Shown piece by piece: positions 1 through 16,010 of a stretch of 64,000 nucleotides of DNA (positions within the stretch are counted from its first letter, which is position 1; the number at the start of each line of letters is the position of its first letter). Origin of the DNA: Chrysomallon squamiferum (Eukaryota > Animalia > Mollusca); assembly GCA_012295275.1 (NCBI GenBank), contig CM022666.1, forward strand, positions 310,001-374,000, given 5' to 3'. A program made the translations under genes and the position numbers. A model generated the notes under the pieces. It was not told the origin of the DNA, did not search any database, and saw nothing but the letters and a program-made list of their open reading frames with translations.

Positions 1-406
1 AAGGTGATAAGTAATAGCTTCGATATTTGGAACCGTTCACTACTGACACCACTGATACATTAATGTACTGAAATAACTGATCTCTAATCTACAGAGTGTT
101 GCTTACGAAGTTTCTTTGTTTTATTTGTCTATTTTTCCTGATTTTTAATTTTTTTTTTTTTTTTTTTTTTTTTTTGTAAATCTCTAAATCACTTTTAGCT
201 CCGTTTTCTTTGTTGTGATGTCAAGTAACTGATTTAAAATGAAGAATCGAACTGTTAGTGCCAGTTATAAAACTAAAAATAAAAATGGTTGATTTGGGAA
301 AACAACAACAATAAAACCTAATAAATAAATAAATAAAATTTGTACCAAGAAAATAGTAAATTAGATTGCGACAGAATATGATGTTGTTGTAGTATATTTT
401 ACAAAA

Positions 407-449
<43 letters not shown>

Positions 450-721
450 TCGCGGCTTATGAAACTGGTACTATTGCTAATATTTGTTAGTGCTTATATC
501 TGTTCAGTAATTTTTTTCTCAACAAACGATGTTTATAATGGAAATTGTATCTGTAATCAAATAAAACTTTGTGGTACAGAAAATTGTTCCGTTTTACACC
601 AGCTTGGTTATTTATTATTATTATTATTATTGTTATTATTAATAGTTCAAAAACTTTCACAGTTTAATATTACATTTTAATGTTTGCTTATTGTGAAAGC
701 ACAACCAGACTAATCATTTAG

Positions 722-775
722 TGACGTAATTGAGGATTAAGATGAATTAATATATGACGCAGTTGTTTGACGTCA
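722..775 (+). promoter_or_regulatory. CRE/bZIP-like site cluster upstream of gene A
   Basis: TGACGTAA 722-729, ATGACGCAGTTGTTTGA 754-770, TGACGTCA 768-775; the middle motif recurs at similar distance upstream of genes B and C. Confidence 0.5.
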
Positions 776-827
776 CAGGTTTAACAAGATCACGCCTAAA
801 TTAGAAGGTCAAGGTATTTTATGCACA

Positions 828-876
828 ATGTCAAATTGTATTTTCTTTTTATTATGCACTGCAGCTTGGCCAGTAG
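828..876 (+). CDS. Gene A signal-peptide exon (MSNCIFFLLCTAAWPV)
   Basis: acaATG start, hydrophobic core, 49 nt, phase-1 donor G|gtaagt; 43/49 nt identical to 19249-19297. Confidence 0.85.
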
Positions 877-1087
877 GTAAGTCAATCGCTATAACAGTAA
901 TAGAATAACAAAAGAATAAATTAATAAAATAAACACTATAGAGATGACAAACGACTTCACCGTTTGCTAACAACAAAAATAAATCCGTACTTTTACAGTT
1001 TCTTGTAAAATAAATTTTTAAAGCAAACTTTCTGAAGAATGAATAATGCAAAATAAATTAAGTATAAATAAATAAAAAGATTATATA

Positions 1088-1129
<42 letters not shown>

Positions 1130-4100
1130 TATAATTATAATTATAATTATTATTATTTTTATTATTATTATTATTATTATATTATTATTATTATTATTAT
1201 TATAAAAGAACCAAAACTTGACAATAAATAACAACCGGTATTAAGCTTTTCACTAAACATAATAACAAGAATAAATTAGATAAAATAAATAAATAAATAA
1301 ATAAATAATTCTAAATCAGTATATTGCGTTTTACATTTAGTTCTACGAATGTGTTTTCCAGAAGGATTATATCTGCCACCAATACTAATTACCTTGCTTT
1401 CGTGGCTAAAATGTGCCTGAAGTATATGTAAAAAAGTTCAGCACGTTCTTGTAAATGACTGTTGCTCCCAAATAAATTAAAATAACGTGATAAAACTTTG
1501 GGTGATGAAAAGAACATCATTTGTTACGTCGCACGCGGCTGTGTGTGCTGCACGTGCTCACGCGGTGCGCTCGTGCTGTCACAGAAGCGCGTGCACTACA
1601 GATGTGTTGAAATCTTATTTTGATGCAGTGTTCAATTTGATCCAAAAACAAAAGGAATAATTTATCCTGTTAGGATGGGTCGCTGTCCAGGCTTAACGGA
1701 AAATCAGCGTCGTGAAGCTGTGGGACGGGTTAACGCCAGCCAACGCGTACACGACGTCGTTCAGTACAACGTGCACACCAGAGTGCGCACGTGCGACATG
1801 GATCTCGTTCTGGTAGACCACGATTAACTACACCAAGGGATGGTGGTATTTTGTGACGTCACAGGTTCGAAAGTGCTCCACGTTTAGCTTGCACTGTGCA
1901 GCAAACCACAGGCTCTAGAATTCACACTCAAACTGTGCGTACCCGACTCCATGCTGCTGGGTTACAAACACGTCGCCCTGTTGTAGATGTTCCCCTCACA
2001 GCGCGTCACATTCAGCAACGTCTGAAAATAAAATGTTCTCTCATTTTGTTATTTACTACCTTATATATAAGTATATAGGGAATAAATGGATATCAGATTT
2101 ATCCTGCAAATCGATTTTGGACCGCAATAAGACAAAGCTGATGTTTTGAGACAGACAGTAACCAGTTATTTCCTTTTTTAATGAAAACTGTTTTTAAAAT
2201 AGTATTTTTAGATCAAAACCAACAAGTAAACCTTTAAATAATTTATCGATGTTGTTAACTGTTCTCCAACTTAGTAGAAACTCCTTTATTTATGTGTGCG
2301 CACGTGTACTGTTGATCTTCAAAAATTGCAAAACTGCCTCAGTGTGACTCTTGGTATCTAATGTTGTACCTATTTGTGTGTATGTGTTTGTATATGTGTA
2401 TGTGATGTGTTTGTGTATGTGCATGTGTTTGTGTATCTGTATGTGTTTTTGTGTGTGTATGTGTGTATATGTGTGTGTGTGTGTATAAAACAATTATTAT
2501 AGTTGTTGTTTCTTTATAGTTAAAGCAGTTATGCTGACAGTAAAACCAAATCCTGTTTACGAAGGAGAGCACGTGACAATCAGATGTAGTATTGAGGACG
2601 CCAGCCGAATCGACCAAATCTTTTCTCTGATAATAAGAAGAAAGGACATCGAGGAAGCTGAGTACGTCAACTTCGGGGTAGCCGCCTCGGGGGAAAACGA
2701 CGGCAACGCCTTTTTCTACGACATAAAGTACACCTCTGTGGCAAACGTGACGGGACGACTGTACAGCGGCGACGCGAAAGAAGAAAGCTTTGTACAAATA
2801 GACATGTCGTCTTTCAGTAGCATTGATGAAGGATATTATCTGTGCGTACTCGATTATCTTAACTATGACTTCGAAAAGCAGACGACAATTGCTAGAATGA
2901 AAATTATTGTTAAAAGTAAGCAAAAGCTTTAGTGTAACCATAATTAATTATAAAAAGAAGAAGAAAAAAAAAAGAGAAAGAAAGAAAGAAAAACAGAAAA
3001 AAGAAAGTCTGATTCATGAATATTTTTGGTTAAAAATACGATACGCATATTTTCTGAAACTAACTAACTAAATATTTATTTATTTATATTTGTATTTAAT
3101 ATTTTCATTTATTCAATATGAACACATATCGAATTTCTGTTAATTTTAATGTTTGTATCTTTTCTTAAATTTACAGGTGCTACATTACCGAAGAAAAAAA
3201 TTGTAGGTTTGTACCGTTTTCAATTTTTATTTAGCTAACAATCGCGTTTGATGATAGAAAATTAAATATAAATTAATGTTTTGTTATTAAAACACACTTG
3301 TTTTTTTGTGTTAGCTATTTGTTAGAACACACAGTCAAATTCAGTATTTGAAATGGAATATGGTTCAACCAGAATTCACGGCATACTAAATATATGGAAT
3401 TTATTCATTTTATTTTATTATTATAATAATTGTTTTAAATTTTATTTTATTTTTTTATTTTATTTTATTTTATTTATATATTTATTTATTTTATTCATTT
3501 TGTTTTTGTTGTTGTTCCTGGTTTCATGGGAACAGCTGGTTGAAAATGGCGGTCTGTTTTATATATTGTAGTAGTTATTTATAGTTGATGAGCACTGATG
3601 TTCAAACATTAACATGCCGTTCTGTAGCACACTGTAGGAACCAATTTAAATAAGGAAATAAACAAAGAGGGTAATAAATGGAGGTAAAAGATAAACAGTT
3701 ACGTTCTGTTATTGTATATGTATCAGCTAAATATGTTTTGCATGCTTAAGTTAGCAATTTTTTAATGCCATTTGCATACTGGGCGTTCCTATATTCTCCA
3801 GAATTTCTTCGAGCGTCTTGAATAAAATATAAATAAAATAAAAAACAAATATTTTCCATGTTGCAACTCGAGACATGAAGGAATCAGATAGTTCCATTCA
3901 ATTGTTTTATAATAATAATATTATGGCTGTAACATTATTGCTATCGATGAAGCAATAACTGGAAAGTATGAAGGAGTTTGTACACTTTCATTAAAGAATT
4001 CTGTAATACTGTTTCTGACGTTGCTTAGTTTCAGATGGACAAGCACAGCTGCAAATAGATGCATATCCTACCTACAAAATAACTCCTCTGTCGGTCATGT

Positions 4101-4861
4101 GTCTTCCAACCAACTTCAGTAAAGATTACATTCTAACTTCTTTAACCCTGAACAGACAACGTAGCAATGACAGCGATGCTGTTGTTATGGCAACTGCTTC
4201 AACAGTCGGCACGGATGGTAAAGCGACACTGAACGACACGAGTCTGGAGGACTTGACCTCAGTGACAGGCAAGTGTGACAACAATGACACAGAAGGATCG
4301 TTTATCCAGATTCTGTTTCAGAAAATGACTTCGTCTTATGCAGGAATATACATCTGCACTGTCGGTTACACGAAATCTGGCACATCTCAGGATGCTACGG
4401 CTTCTAGAGTAATCGCTATTCAGAGTAAGTAATAAATGTTGCCACATATAGCTTTCATTTCTATAGACCTACATGTTGTATATGGCTTCGAAGTACTCCG
4501 GATTATCGCTACTTATTTGGAAGTATGTAGAATATTCTTATATTCTTTTTCGAGTTACATGATCTGCGTACAGTCTATGTAAAACTTGCCTAATGGGAAA
4601 CAACCCAGTTCCTCGTGTCACAGAACTTTCCAGAGCCTATAAGTGAAGCATACAAAAACGCTTGTAAATATTAGTTTCGGTTACAGTCTAACCTCTTGCT
4701 TCGAAGTACATCAGCAGAAATGTTATGCCCTTTGTATTTTTTAATATTCTGAATTACGTCAAATTGGATTTTTCCTTTGCAAGTTGTTAACAAAGCAGTG
4801 AACAAAAAAGAAGCCTATCCATTGAATACATTAATATTTGAATGTATTTACCCTGAAAACG

Positions 4862-4892
<31 letters not shown>

Positions 4893-7372
4893 TTTTTAAT
4901 ACATTAATATATATATATACATACACATATAAAACTACAAAATGTTTAACTATTTGTAACTCATAAACTTTATGATAATTTATGAAAATATTATTAAAGT
5001 GGAACTTAAGTATATAATGACATTGAAAGGAAAATAATACCGAAATAACAAAATGCTTGTTATTCTATTGTTGTTGGGGTTTTTTTGGTGGTTTTTTTTT
5101 GAAAAATAAAATAAATAAATCTAGTCACTGCCAAGATCAACTGATGTACAGTGAGTGCACGTTTTTCAACGCTCAGATTAGACTTTAATCTCAGATTATA
5201 CTGTAATCCTTTCTCTTCAGATTAGACTGTAATCCTTTCCCCTCAGATTATATTGTAATCCTTTCCCCTCAGATTATATTGTAATCCTTATCTCTCAGAT
5301 TGGACTTTAATCCTTTCCCATCAGATTATATTGTAATCCTTTCCCATCAGATTAGACTTGAATCCTTATCTCTCAGATTAGACTGTAATCCTTTCCCCTC
5401 AGATTAGACTGTAAACATTTCCCCTCAGATTAGACTTTAATCCTTATCTCTCAGATTAGACTTGAATCCTTATCTCTCAGAGTAGACTTTAATCCTTTTC
5501 CCTCAGATTATACTTTAATCCTTTCCCCTCAGATTAGACTTTAATCCTTATTTTTCAGATTAGACTTTAATCCTTTCCCCTCATATTAGACTTTAATCCT
5601 TATTTCTCAGATTAGACTGTAATCCTTTCCCCTCAGATTAGACTTTAATCCTTATCTCTCAGATTAGACTTGAATCCTTATCTCTCAGAGTAGACTTTAA
5701 TCCTTTTCCCTCAGATTATACTTTAATCCTTTCCCCTCAGATTAGACTTTAATCCTTATTTTTCAGATTATACTTTAATCCTTTCCCCTCAGATTAGACT
5801 TTAATCCTTATCTCTCAGATTAGACTTTAATCCTTTCCCCTCATATTAGACTTTAATCCTTATTTCTCAGATTAGACTGTAATCCTTTCCCCTCAGATTA
5901 TACTTTAATCCTTATTTCTCAGATTAGACTGTAATCCTTATTTCTCAGATTAGACTGTAATCATTTCCCCTCAGATTAGACTGTAATCCTTTCCCCTCAG
6001 ATTAGACTGTACTCCTTTCCCCTCAGATTAGACTGTAATCCTTTCCCCTCAGATTAGACTTTAATCCTTATTTCTCAGATTAGACTGTACTCCTTTCCCC
6101 TCAGATTAGACTTTAATCCTTATTTCTCAGATTAGACTGTAATCCTTTCCTCTCAGATTAGACTGTAATCCTTTCTCTTCAGATTAGACTTTAATCCTTA
6201 TTTCTCAGATTAGACTGTAATCCTTTCCTCTCAGATTAGACTGTAATCCTTTCTCTTCAGATTAGACTGTAATCCTTTCCGTTCAGTTTAGACTGTAATC
6301 CTTTCCTCTCAGATTAGACTGTAATCCTTTCCCCTCAGATTAGACTGTACTCCTTTCCCCTCAGATTAGACTGTAATCCTTTCCCCTCAGATTAGACTGT
6401 AATCCTTTCCCCTCAGATTAGACTTTAATCCTTATTTCTCAGATTAGACTGTACTCCTTTCCCCTCAGATTAGACTTTAATCCTTATTTCTCAGATTAGA
6501 CTAATCCTTATCTCTCAGATTAGACTTTAATCCTTTCCCCTCAGATTAGGCTGTAATCCTTTCCCCTCAGATTAGACTGTAATCCTTTCCCTTCAGATTA
6601 GGCTGTAATCCTCTCCCTTCAGATTAGGCTGTAATCCTTTCCTCTCAGATTAGACTGTAATCCATTCCTCTCAGATTAGACTGTAATCCTTTCCTTTCAG
6701 ATTAGGCTGTAATCCTTTCCTCTCAGATTAGACTGTAATCCTTTCCTCTCAGATTAGACTGTAATCCTTTCCTTTCAGATTAGACTGTAATCCTTTCTCT
6801 TCAGATTAGACTGTAATCCTTTCTCTTCAGATTAGACTGTAATCCTTACCTCTCAGATTAGACTTTAATCCTTATTTCTCAGATTAGACTTTAATCCTTA
6901 TTTCTCAGATTAGACTGTAATCCTTTCCTCTCAGCATAGACTGTAATCCTTATCTCTCAGATTAGACTGTAATCCTTTTCCCTCAGCATAGACTGTAATC
7001 CTTATCTCTCAGATTAGACTGTAATCCTTTTCCCTCAGATGATGCCGGTCTCGTAATACACATTAAATAAAACCTACTGATTGCGTATCTAGTTTGTTCA
7101 TTATGAGATGATGAGTCTTTGAAGAAAATGGGATCTTCTGTTAGAAACTTGCCATGTTTACTGAAAAAGTATCCCCAGTGAATATATGTGTATTATTTTT
7201 AATTTTTATTATTATTATTTAGATTAAGATAGTAAAGAACACAAGCATATATTAGTTTTATATTTACTTTGTTCTTTAATTAACAGGTACTAAGAATCCA
7301 ATAAGCACAACTCGAGGTATTTTATATAATTCTTATAAATACTTGTTAGCTATGATGAATATATGCGAAGAA

Positions 7373-7427
<55 letters not shown>

Positions 7428-7495
7428 TACTTAGCGTAATAATAGTTTATTCATTCAACAATATCAACAACAGAAACAAAATATATAAGTGTACA

Positions 7496-7547
<52 letters not shown>

Positions 7548-7724
7548 TTTAAAAATCTAATCGTTTGTTTCAATTTATTAATTTTTCCAAAAGCGTGAAT
7601 TTCACTGAACACGTCTGCTTGTTAATGTTTTGCATTTATTTTACAACAGATGAAGGTGCCATGAAAATGTCTTTGAGTATAGTCTGCTTTTATAACTGCA
7701 GAGTCACTCTCTCGATTCAGTTTG

Positions 7725-7760
<36 letters not shown>

Positions 7761-7817
7761 GATTATTATGATTATAATATTATGATTATGATTATGATTA
7801 TGATTATTAATATTATG

Positions 7818-7868
<51 letters not shown>

Positions 7869-8478
7869 GTTATTAATGCTTTACATGTATTTGTTCAGTT
7901 TTAACTGAAGTGCTAGAGATGAGAATAATTCCACGCACTGTATATGAAGGATTTCCTATGACTATCAGATGTGATATTGAGGACGACAAAGACTTGGGAT
8001 TATTCTATGGCCTAATATTAAAGCAGAAAGAGAAATCTGAAGATGAAGTCAACGTTGGTTATGTTTTGACATTGCATAATGAGGGCAGACCACAACTGGA
8101 AGAGCGTTTTAAAAAATTTGGAGCAAAACTGTCAGGAAAGTGTGACACCGTGAACAAAAGAGAATCTTTTCTGCAGCTGGAAATTCCGGAAATGTTAAGC
8201 TTATTGTCTGCACAATATCTTTGTCACTGCAATTTTTTCAACGAATCAAGAGGGTTGTTGAATTTTAAAATTTATGAAAATATCGATGTCAAAAGTAAGT
8301 AAATATATGGATTATAATAAAAACTAATCATGTACAAAAACAAAAGTAAAAAAAGGAACTTATATTGTATATTTACATTTTTGTTTCATATATGAAAGAA
8401 AATGATAAGTTTTGCTAACGAAACGTACGGACAATAGAAAATAAATTAAACTGCTGACAGATGATGATCATCATGACG

Positions 8479-8531
<53 letters not shown>

Positions 8532-8663
8532 TAAACAAAATAAATTTGCCGAGGAAAGAATCGGATTAGTGTTTAAGTATGTTGTAATGACGTTATTTTA
8601 TTAAAGTAATATATTAGTACAAAAAGCTATTAATGTTGTTATTATTATTGTTATTACTACTAC

Positions 8664-8727
<64 letters not shown>

Positions 8728-11700
8728 GTTGTTGTTGTTGTTATTATTATTATATTTTGTTTAACTTAGTATGAACTTCAAAATAGCTTATTTTCTTTCT
8801 TCATTTACAGAGGGCAAAGAACCGTATCCTGAAAGTTTAGGTTTGTGTGTTAAATCATTTCAGTGACTTTATTCTTGTTATTTAGTAACAATCATCTCCT
8901 TGTTAGATCTGCATGCTTATCATCCAGTAAGTAAACAACTTGGCTAAACAGTCCAAAATTGATTTCTATGTAGTAAATGTGGTCTGTCAACTCCATGATA
9001 TTCGTTTATTTTTTGTGTCCTGTTTCACGGAGGATGGAGTCATTAAAATAACAATGGGCTAAAAATGAGCCGTGTTTAATACCACTGGCTTTCTTACACA
9101 TAAACCATTCTAATACCTGACTTCAACAGATAACACGTGACCACTGTCCAGTCTGTAGAATCCTGTCCCCACTACTTGGACGTAACTACGAGTTAGTTCG
9201 CTTTCTGTACCGTGTTTTGTTCTTTCTTCCTGTTTTTCAAGAACAATTTGCATTTGGGGAACAAAGCTCTGCTGCATTGCAATGTTTCACACTGGTTTGT
9301 TCACCTGCCATTATGTTTTAAAATCATATTGATTCAAAACTTTAAACAGATTAAAACACGAAAGAAAGGAAAAGGCAAATCCTGTACAGGAACCTTAGAA
9401 ATAAACTTACCTCAGCAAGCACTTCCAGTACTGTAACAATTCCAGTATGTTTAGAACAGAGAAAACGTAAACAATAGAGCGGTTTATCCTCCACGAGATT
9501 TTACTAATTCAAAATGCACAATAATATTTTCTAATTTCCAGGCTGACACCTGTTTCTAAGAAACGGGGTAAATAGTTGTCTACATAGAACGTTACGTTTG
9601 TAGTCGTAACTAATTCCATTTCTGTTTCCTTGTTTAGCTATTGATGGTGCTGCAGAGCTGACAATAACTCCAAATCTGGTTTACGAAGGAATTCCTCAGA
9701 TCGTCAGATGTAGCGTTGGTAATGTCAGTGCAAGTGCCACTGTCCATGCGATTCAGTTGAAGAAGGTAATTGGCGAACATGAGGTGGAACGCCTTGTCGC
9801 TAGCGCTGCCACGAAACAGTTCGGCGGTAAAGCCGTCATCAGAGACATCAATTTAGAACGATCGGCTTCGGTAAAAGGTAAATGTGACAACGATGACAAA
9901 ACTGGATCTTTCATAGAACTTAGTATGTGGTCCGTGAAACGGTCTGACGGAGAAGTGTTTTTGTGCTACATCGATTCTGCTGATTCAGATGGCGTTAAAG
10001 TAGAATATTCGGCGTATATGTATGTGAACGTTTTCAGTAAGTAACACATTTAACATAACTTTAGTTTAGCACAGTTAACAAGAATTATGTTCATAAAGGT
10101 TATGCATAGTATAAATTCGGCTTATATATATATATATATATATACATATGCTTGTATGTATGTATATATGTATGTATGTATGTAAACTGAATTTATAATT
10201 ATATTAATTATTAATTAATAAAAACGTCTTTAGAGAAAATGAAAAAAGATATAAGCTATCTACAGTGTTGTTAATTCTTAATTCTGTCTCACATATATTT
10301 ATATACTGAAAACAAATATCATATTTCATGTTTATTATCTGTTATTTATTTCTTATTACTTTTTTATTTACAGAGATTGAAAGTCTACACACGAAAACTT
10401 TTGAATGTATGTTGTTCTATAATTATTGTTAACAATTTTTATATGACTATTATAACGCATTTATTTTAATAACATAAATCAATTTCATTATTTACTCTTT
10501 GTTTCTTTGTTACACACACACACACACGCACACACACAGCGTTTATGTGAAAAAGATGGAAGGATTAATTAGAGCTCTTCTCAATCACTCTGTTTATGAT
10601 CTGTTAAATCGTTGAGATAATCTAGAAATGGAACGATGATTCGACGTTAAAGCATTTCTTATTAGTGTCTTTGCTGAACAAATTCGCATCCTCCGACGTT
10701 CTGCTTTGTGCTCTCGGTTTAGGAATAACGTGGTGTCTGTAAGGTACAGTGTAAGCACAGATAGTAGTGTCAGTATTGGTGGTTCTAGATGATTCTTCTA
10801 GTGCTCCCAGAAAGTTCAAACTTTTCTTTTAACACAGACTGAGGTATTTTTTATACTGATGAAGTCTCGTTGTGAGTACTCAAATTACTCACAATTACTG
10901 ATGGATTAATTTGGAATTTCAATACCTGAGAAAGCAAGATCCATACCACTTCGAAAGATTTTTGTCATAAATTGTGTCCTTACAGAGAAGAGAAATGTAA
11001 AATATGACACTGTTTTCAAATAAAAACATTCTCTTTTAATCTGAAGATCACATATAAAATCAGTTAAATAAAACAAGTTTCTTGAAAATGAAAAAAACAA
11101 AACATTAATGTATACAACAATTCATTTCGATCGATATAATTATCAGTTATAAATATTGAGTTACAAAGCGTGCTGTGTAATGCTTTGTATCACGTGATCT
11201 GTACACTTGTGTTATTTACATTTAGTAATTCTTTATGTATTGGGCTGAGGAATAAGTCACTGCGGTTAAATTAAATTTAATCATTACACAGAAGAAAACA
11301 TAAGCTTAATTGATGACAAGATGTAATTTAATCAATAATGTATTCTCTGTTGTTATTTACCACTTCTTCACAACGGTCAACAAGTTTTTCGATGCCTCTG
11401 CAACAAATTTGAATCAGTTATGAACCGCAGTGGCTTACTCCTCAACCCAGTGTTAATGTCAAGTCACCCTGCCATGTTCAGTGAACAAGTTTGTAAATAT
11501 GTTGATGCATTCGAGTATTCGGGCCTAGTACATGTTCCATCTTGGCTTTATATCACTGTGCTTCGATTTTATCGAGGGGTCCAGGGGCGGGAGCATTGCC
11601 CTAAAAACTCAGAGCTGTTTGTTTAGAAGACATCAACTTCCCACGTGAGAAAACACCTTGCTGTGCTGCTTCCCGATTGAGACGGATAAAATAACAATAA

Positions 11701-12767
11701 GTAAACAAATAAACAAATGTGCCAAATAATAGGTCACATATTATTTAATTTACTAACTCGAAATGACTAATCTTCATTTGTTTTCTCTTCTTTCTTTCTA
11801 GCGAATGTAGCTAACCTAATTATAAACCCATTTCCTGTTACCGAGCACACCGTTGTTTCATTCAGATGCAGCATTCACAACGTCAGTGACGTCAACCTCA
11901 TACATACAATACAACTTAAAAGGAAGCTTGACAACCAAACGGAACAATTCATTATTGCCGCTGCAGTACCTGAAAAAAATAATAGTGGAGCTCAGTTATT
12001 GGATTATTACTTCAAATCGAGAGCCACAGTGCAAGGTAAAGCCGACAACAAGGACAAAACAGGATCTTTCGTGCAGACTGTTTTCTCTCGCATGACTAAA
12101 TCTGATTCCGGAAAATACGGATGTTACATAAGTTACGGTGACCCGTCATATTTTTCCAAAACTTCTGTTGCTACTTATTACGTCGAAGTTGAAGGTAACT
12201 GAACATACTAATTTATATTATACGAATGTTATATATTACAAAATATAAAGATATATATATATATAATTACTCCCAGACATTTTAAATATTCTTACCAAAC
12301 CGTAACATCAACGAACGCAATATGAACAGTTCCGATTTCTTATTTGGTTAACATGTACATACATGTATATGTTTTGAATAACGTGTAATTTTCAGTGTAT
12401 GATTCATATTTTTCTCTTCTTCTAAATTACAGATTTATTTTTAATACGACAATCTTCTTCGGGTGTGTATATTATATTGTTTTAATAGCACTTACTGTCT
12501 AGGATAATTCAGCGAGATACTTTTGTGTGTTTATCTTCTTCTTCCACACCACTGCTACTTGCGAAGTGTTATTTACATATTTATTTATTTTCTTAACGAC
12601 AAATCTAACTTTAATAATAATAATAATGAAAAGTAATAACCTAAAAATAGGCACTGATTATTTTAAATTTTCTCTATTATTATTATTAGTAGTAGTAGTA
12701 GTAATAGTAGTATTAATAATAGTAGTAGTAGTAGTAGGAGGAGGAGGAGTACTACTACTACAACTAT

Positions 12768-12832
<65 letters not shown>

Positions 12833-13145
12833 TTACTACTACTACTACTACAATTACTACTACTACTACTACTACTACTACTAGTACTACTACTACTATT
12901 ACTACTGTTGTTGTTGCTGTTGTTTTGTGTTGTATTTCAATAGAACCGGATTCACTGGTAATTCCTGTCGTTGTTGTCGTCGTGTTTTTCTTGTTGGCTG
13001 TTGCCTTGTTGGCAAAATGGTATCGACGAGGTGATTCCAATAAAGAAAGTTTTGCAATAGAATCAAAGAAAAGTATTATTTGCTATTTACTTTTTCTTTT
13101 TTCTTACTTTTTTTTTTTTTTTTTATGAATATTTATTTAATAATA

Positions 13146-13186
<41 letters not shown>

Positions 13187-13402
13187 TAATAAGTAATAAT
13201 AATTATAATAACAGTAATAATACTTATTATATACTGGTCTATATGATGCAGTGGTCACTCATCTACTTAGTATATACTAGACTTCAAGCTATTTATCTAC
13301 TTACACTCTTGTTATTTGTTTGTTTGTTGTTTTTTCGTTTGCTTATTTTGAAGGGTTGTTTTTTTTCTTTTTTGTGTGTGTGTACTGTTGTTATCGTTAT
13401 CA

Positions 13403-13457
<55 letters not shown>

Positions 13458-13554
13458 TACTGACCAGTTTTGTTTGTTTTATTATTATTTATTTCTTCTA
13501 AAATTTATTTTGCAGTTGGAGTTCAAATAATGTAAGTAATTTTAAAATATTTTA

Positions 13555-13599
<45 letters not shown>

Positions 13600-14926
13600 G
13601 TGAAAATACCTTTCATTTATCTTATCAATATGAAAATTGAAATTATAAAAAGACAAAACAAACAAACAAACGATGAACAAAAAACAAAAACAAATAATAA
13701 TAATAACAATAATATTATTATTAATAATAATATAATAATAATATTTTCTTCCCAAAAATACTCAGTAATAACTGTGAACAAAGACTTTTTATATGTTTAT
13801 ATTCCAAGTTGTTTTAGGATTTATTGTTTTGTATTTCTTTAGCAAAACAGAGATCCAAGGTAAGTGTATATTAATTTACAACTGATTTTTTTAAGTATTT
13901 CTAAATGTATGTATTTATTTATCTATATATCTATCTATTTAGTTGTTTGTCTATCTGTCTGTTTATCTGTTTATTTATTTATCTCTTTACTTACTTATTT
14001 ATTTATTTATTTATTTATATTTATTTATATTTATTATTATCAAACAAATATTGCCTTAAAACACACTTTGTGTCTTTCTCTAAGTTAAAATGTTCTTGTT
14101 TTCTGTTTAGTAGGTTGTTGCTTTAATACAGGCGATTGACCTAGTTCATTATTTGTCATTTAAACTAAACATAATTTTAAAATTATTTTCTTCTTGTTTT
14201 GTCAAGCCTGAAAACTGTCTTCAACTCAGTCTTTCTTTAACACATCACCTGAAACGAGAACACTTCAGTTTGATTAAACAAATAAAAAATAAGAATTATT
14301 TTACTGATTAACTCTACAGTTTTCTTTTTTATATTTGCAGAAAGAACTGATATCGAGTAAGTACATTTTGTAAGTTTATTTTATATATTTTTATGTTTGT
14401 CTCTTTATTCATTATTATTAGTAAAAGTATTAGTGTGAGTATGTTGTTGTTGTCGCATCTGTTTTTGTTGTAGTTTTTATTCTTCCTTTTACTGTTGCTG
14501 CTGCTGCTGTTGTTGATACAGGATTCAATTGTTTTTCAGTGTTTTATCATAATGTGGAGTATTAATAATAAATAAAGAAAGCTGTTCAAAAAATATTTTC
14601 ATTTCTAATTATGTTATATACAGCATGTATTTAACAGATTACTTTGACTTCTTTCTTTAGAATAGAAAGACATGATGATGGTATGTAAATATTTAAATTA
14701 CTCGTTTATGATGCATTTAAATTGGGAAGGGTATTGGATGCGGCATTATTTTCCATCAGTTTATTTATTCATATTAAAATTTCAGTTTCTTAATTATTAA
14801 GATGAAAATAAATTTACTGCTACAAATAATGAAGATGATGATGATGATGGTGATGATAATCATAACAACTACAACAATAACAATAACAATAATTATATAA
14901 TGTTATATTTTTTTTTTATTTTATTA

Positions 14927-14963
<37 letters not shown>

Positions 14964-15969
14964 TTATTGTTGTTGTTGTTGTTGTTGTTGTTATTATTAT
15001 TATTTCTGTTCTTTGTATTACTCAGGTGAAGCTGATAAGCTGTAAGTAAATTAATAAAATTAGCGGACATAATTCCTATAATTTGTTTTCTATATTATTT
15101 TTATTTGTTACATTATGTAACTTGTTTGTTTGATTTTTATTACTATTATTTTTGTTCTTGTCATTATATCATTATTATCATTGTTATTGTGACTGGTAAT
15201 ATTTGGTTGCAATTGAAATAAATTAAATTTAATGTAATAGTATGTCTGATTTTGTGTTCTTATTTGATATGGTTGTGTGCATGTGTGTGTGTGTGTGTGT
15301 CTAAATTTCCTATCTGAATTTTTCTTTTTCTTTTTTTCTTTTAGAATGCAAAATCAGGATGGTGGTAAATATTAATATTTCTATTTCAGACTTAAATTTT
15401 GTTTATTTTTATTTTTATTTTCTTATTATTTTTTTTATTTTTTACTGATTCATTAATATTATTTTCCATCAACTTTTTATTTTATTCTAATCATTTAACT
15501 ATCAGATTAAAATAATAACATCAACTACTATTACTAGTACTACTAATAAAGTTTTTCGTTTCTTTAATTATTAAAATATATTATTATTATTGTTATTATT
15601 ATTATTATTATTATTTTAAAAATTATGAATTTTTTTTATATTTATTTTCCAGAAGAAGCTGTAAAACCGTAAGTAATTTACTATTTCTTTAATTGTTTCC
15701 TAATAATTTTTGGGTTATCCATTAAAATCAAATTAACATAAAAAAATATTTTTAAAATCCTGTTCTTATTTTAAATGAAAATAGTCTTCAAAACGGTCAT
15801 TTAAGTTCTAAACCAATTTTATCATCATTTCTTCCCATAACATTCAGTGATTGTTGAATGAATGTACATACATACAATACATTATGTTAATTTGTTAATT
15901 TTATTTTTGTTATAGTAATGATAAAACAACAACAACAACAACAACAACAACAATAATAATAATAATATA

Positions 15970-16010
<41 letters not shown>

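Noticed and set aside
4425-4432. In-frame stops right after most Ig-exon donors (SK*, GK*) as designed secreted isoforms
   Set aside because: Expected by-product of GTAAGTAA donors in phase 1 in AT-rich DNA; no independent evidence.
5172-7040. Long repeat array as CRISPR
   Set aside because: Contiguous units without unique spacers; eukaryotic intron; no cas genes.
10857-10885. Hammerhead-ribozyme-like CTGATGA...CAAA (also weak hits near 3583 and 46890)
   Set aside because: Core GAAA missing and flanking stems not evident.
12527-12943. Poly-Leu/Val/Ile/Tyr ORFs here and across the window
   Set aside because: Translations of (ATT)n, (AGT)n, (CA)n, (CT)n, (ATAG)n microsatellites.
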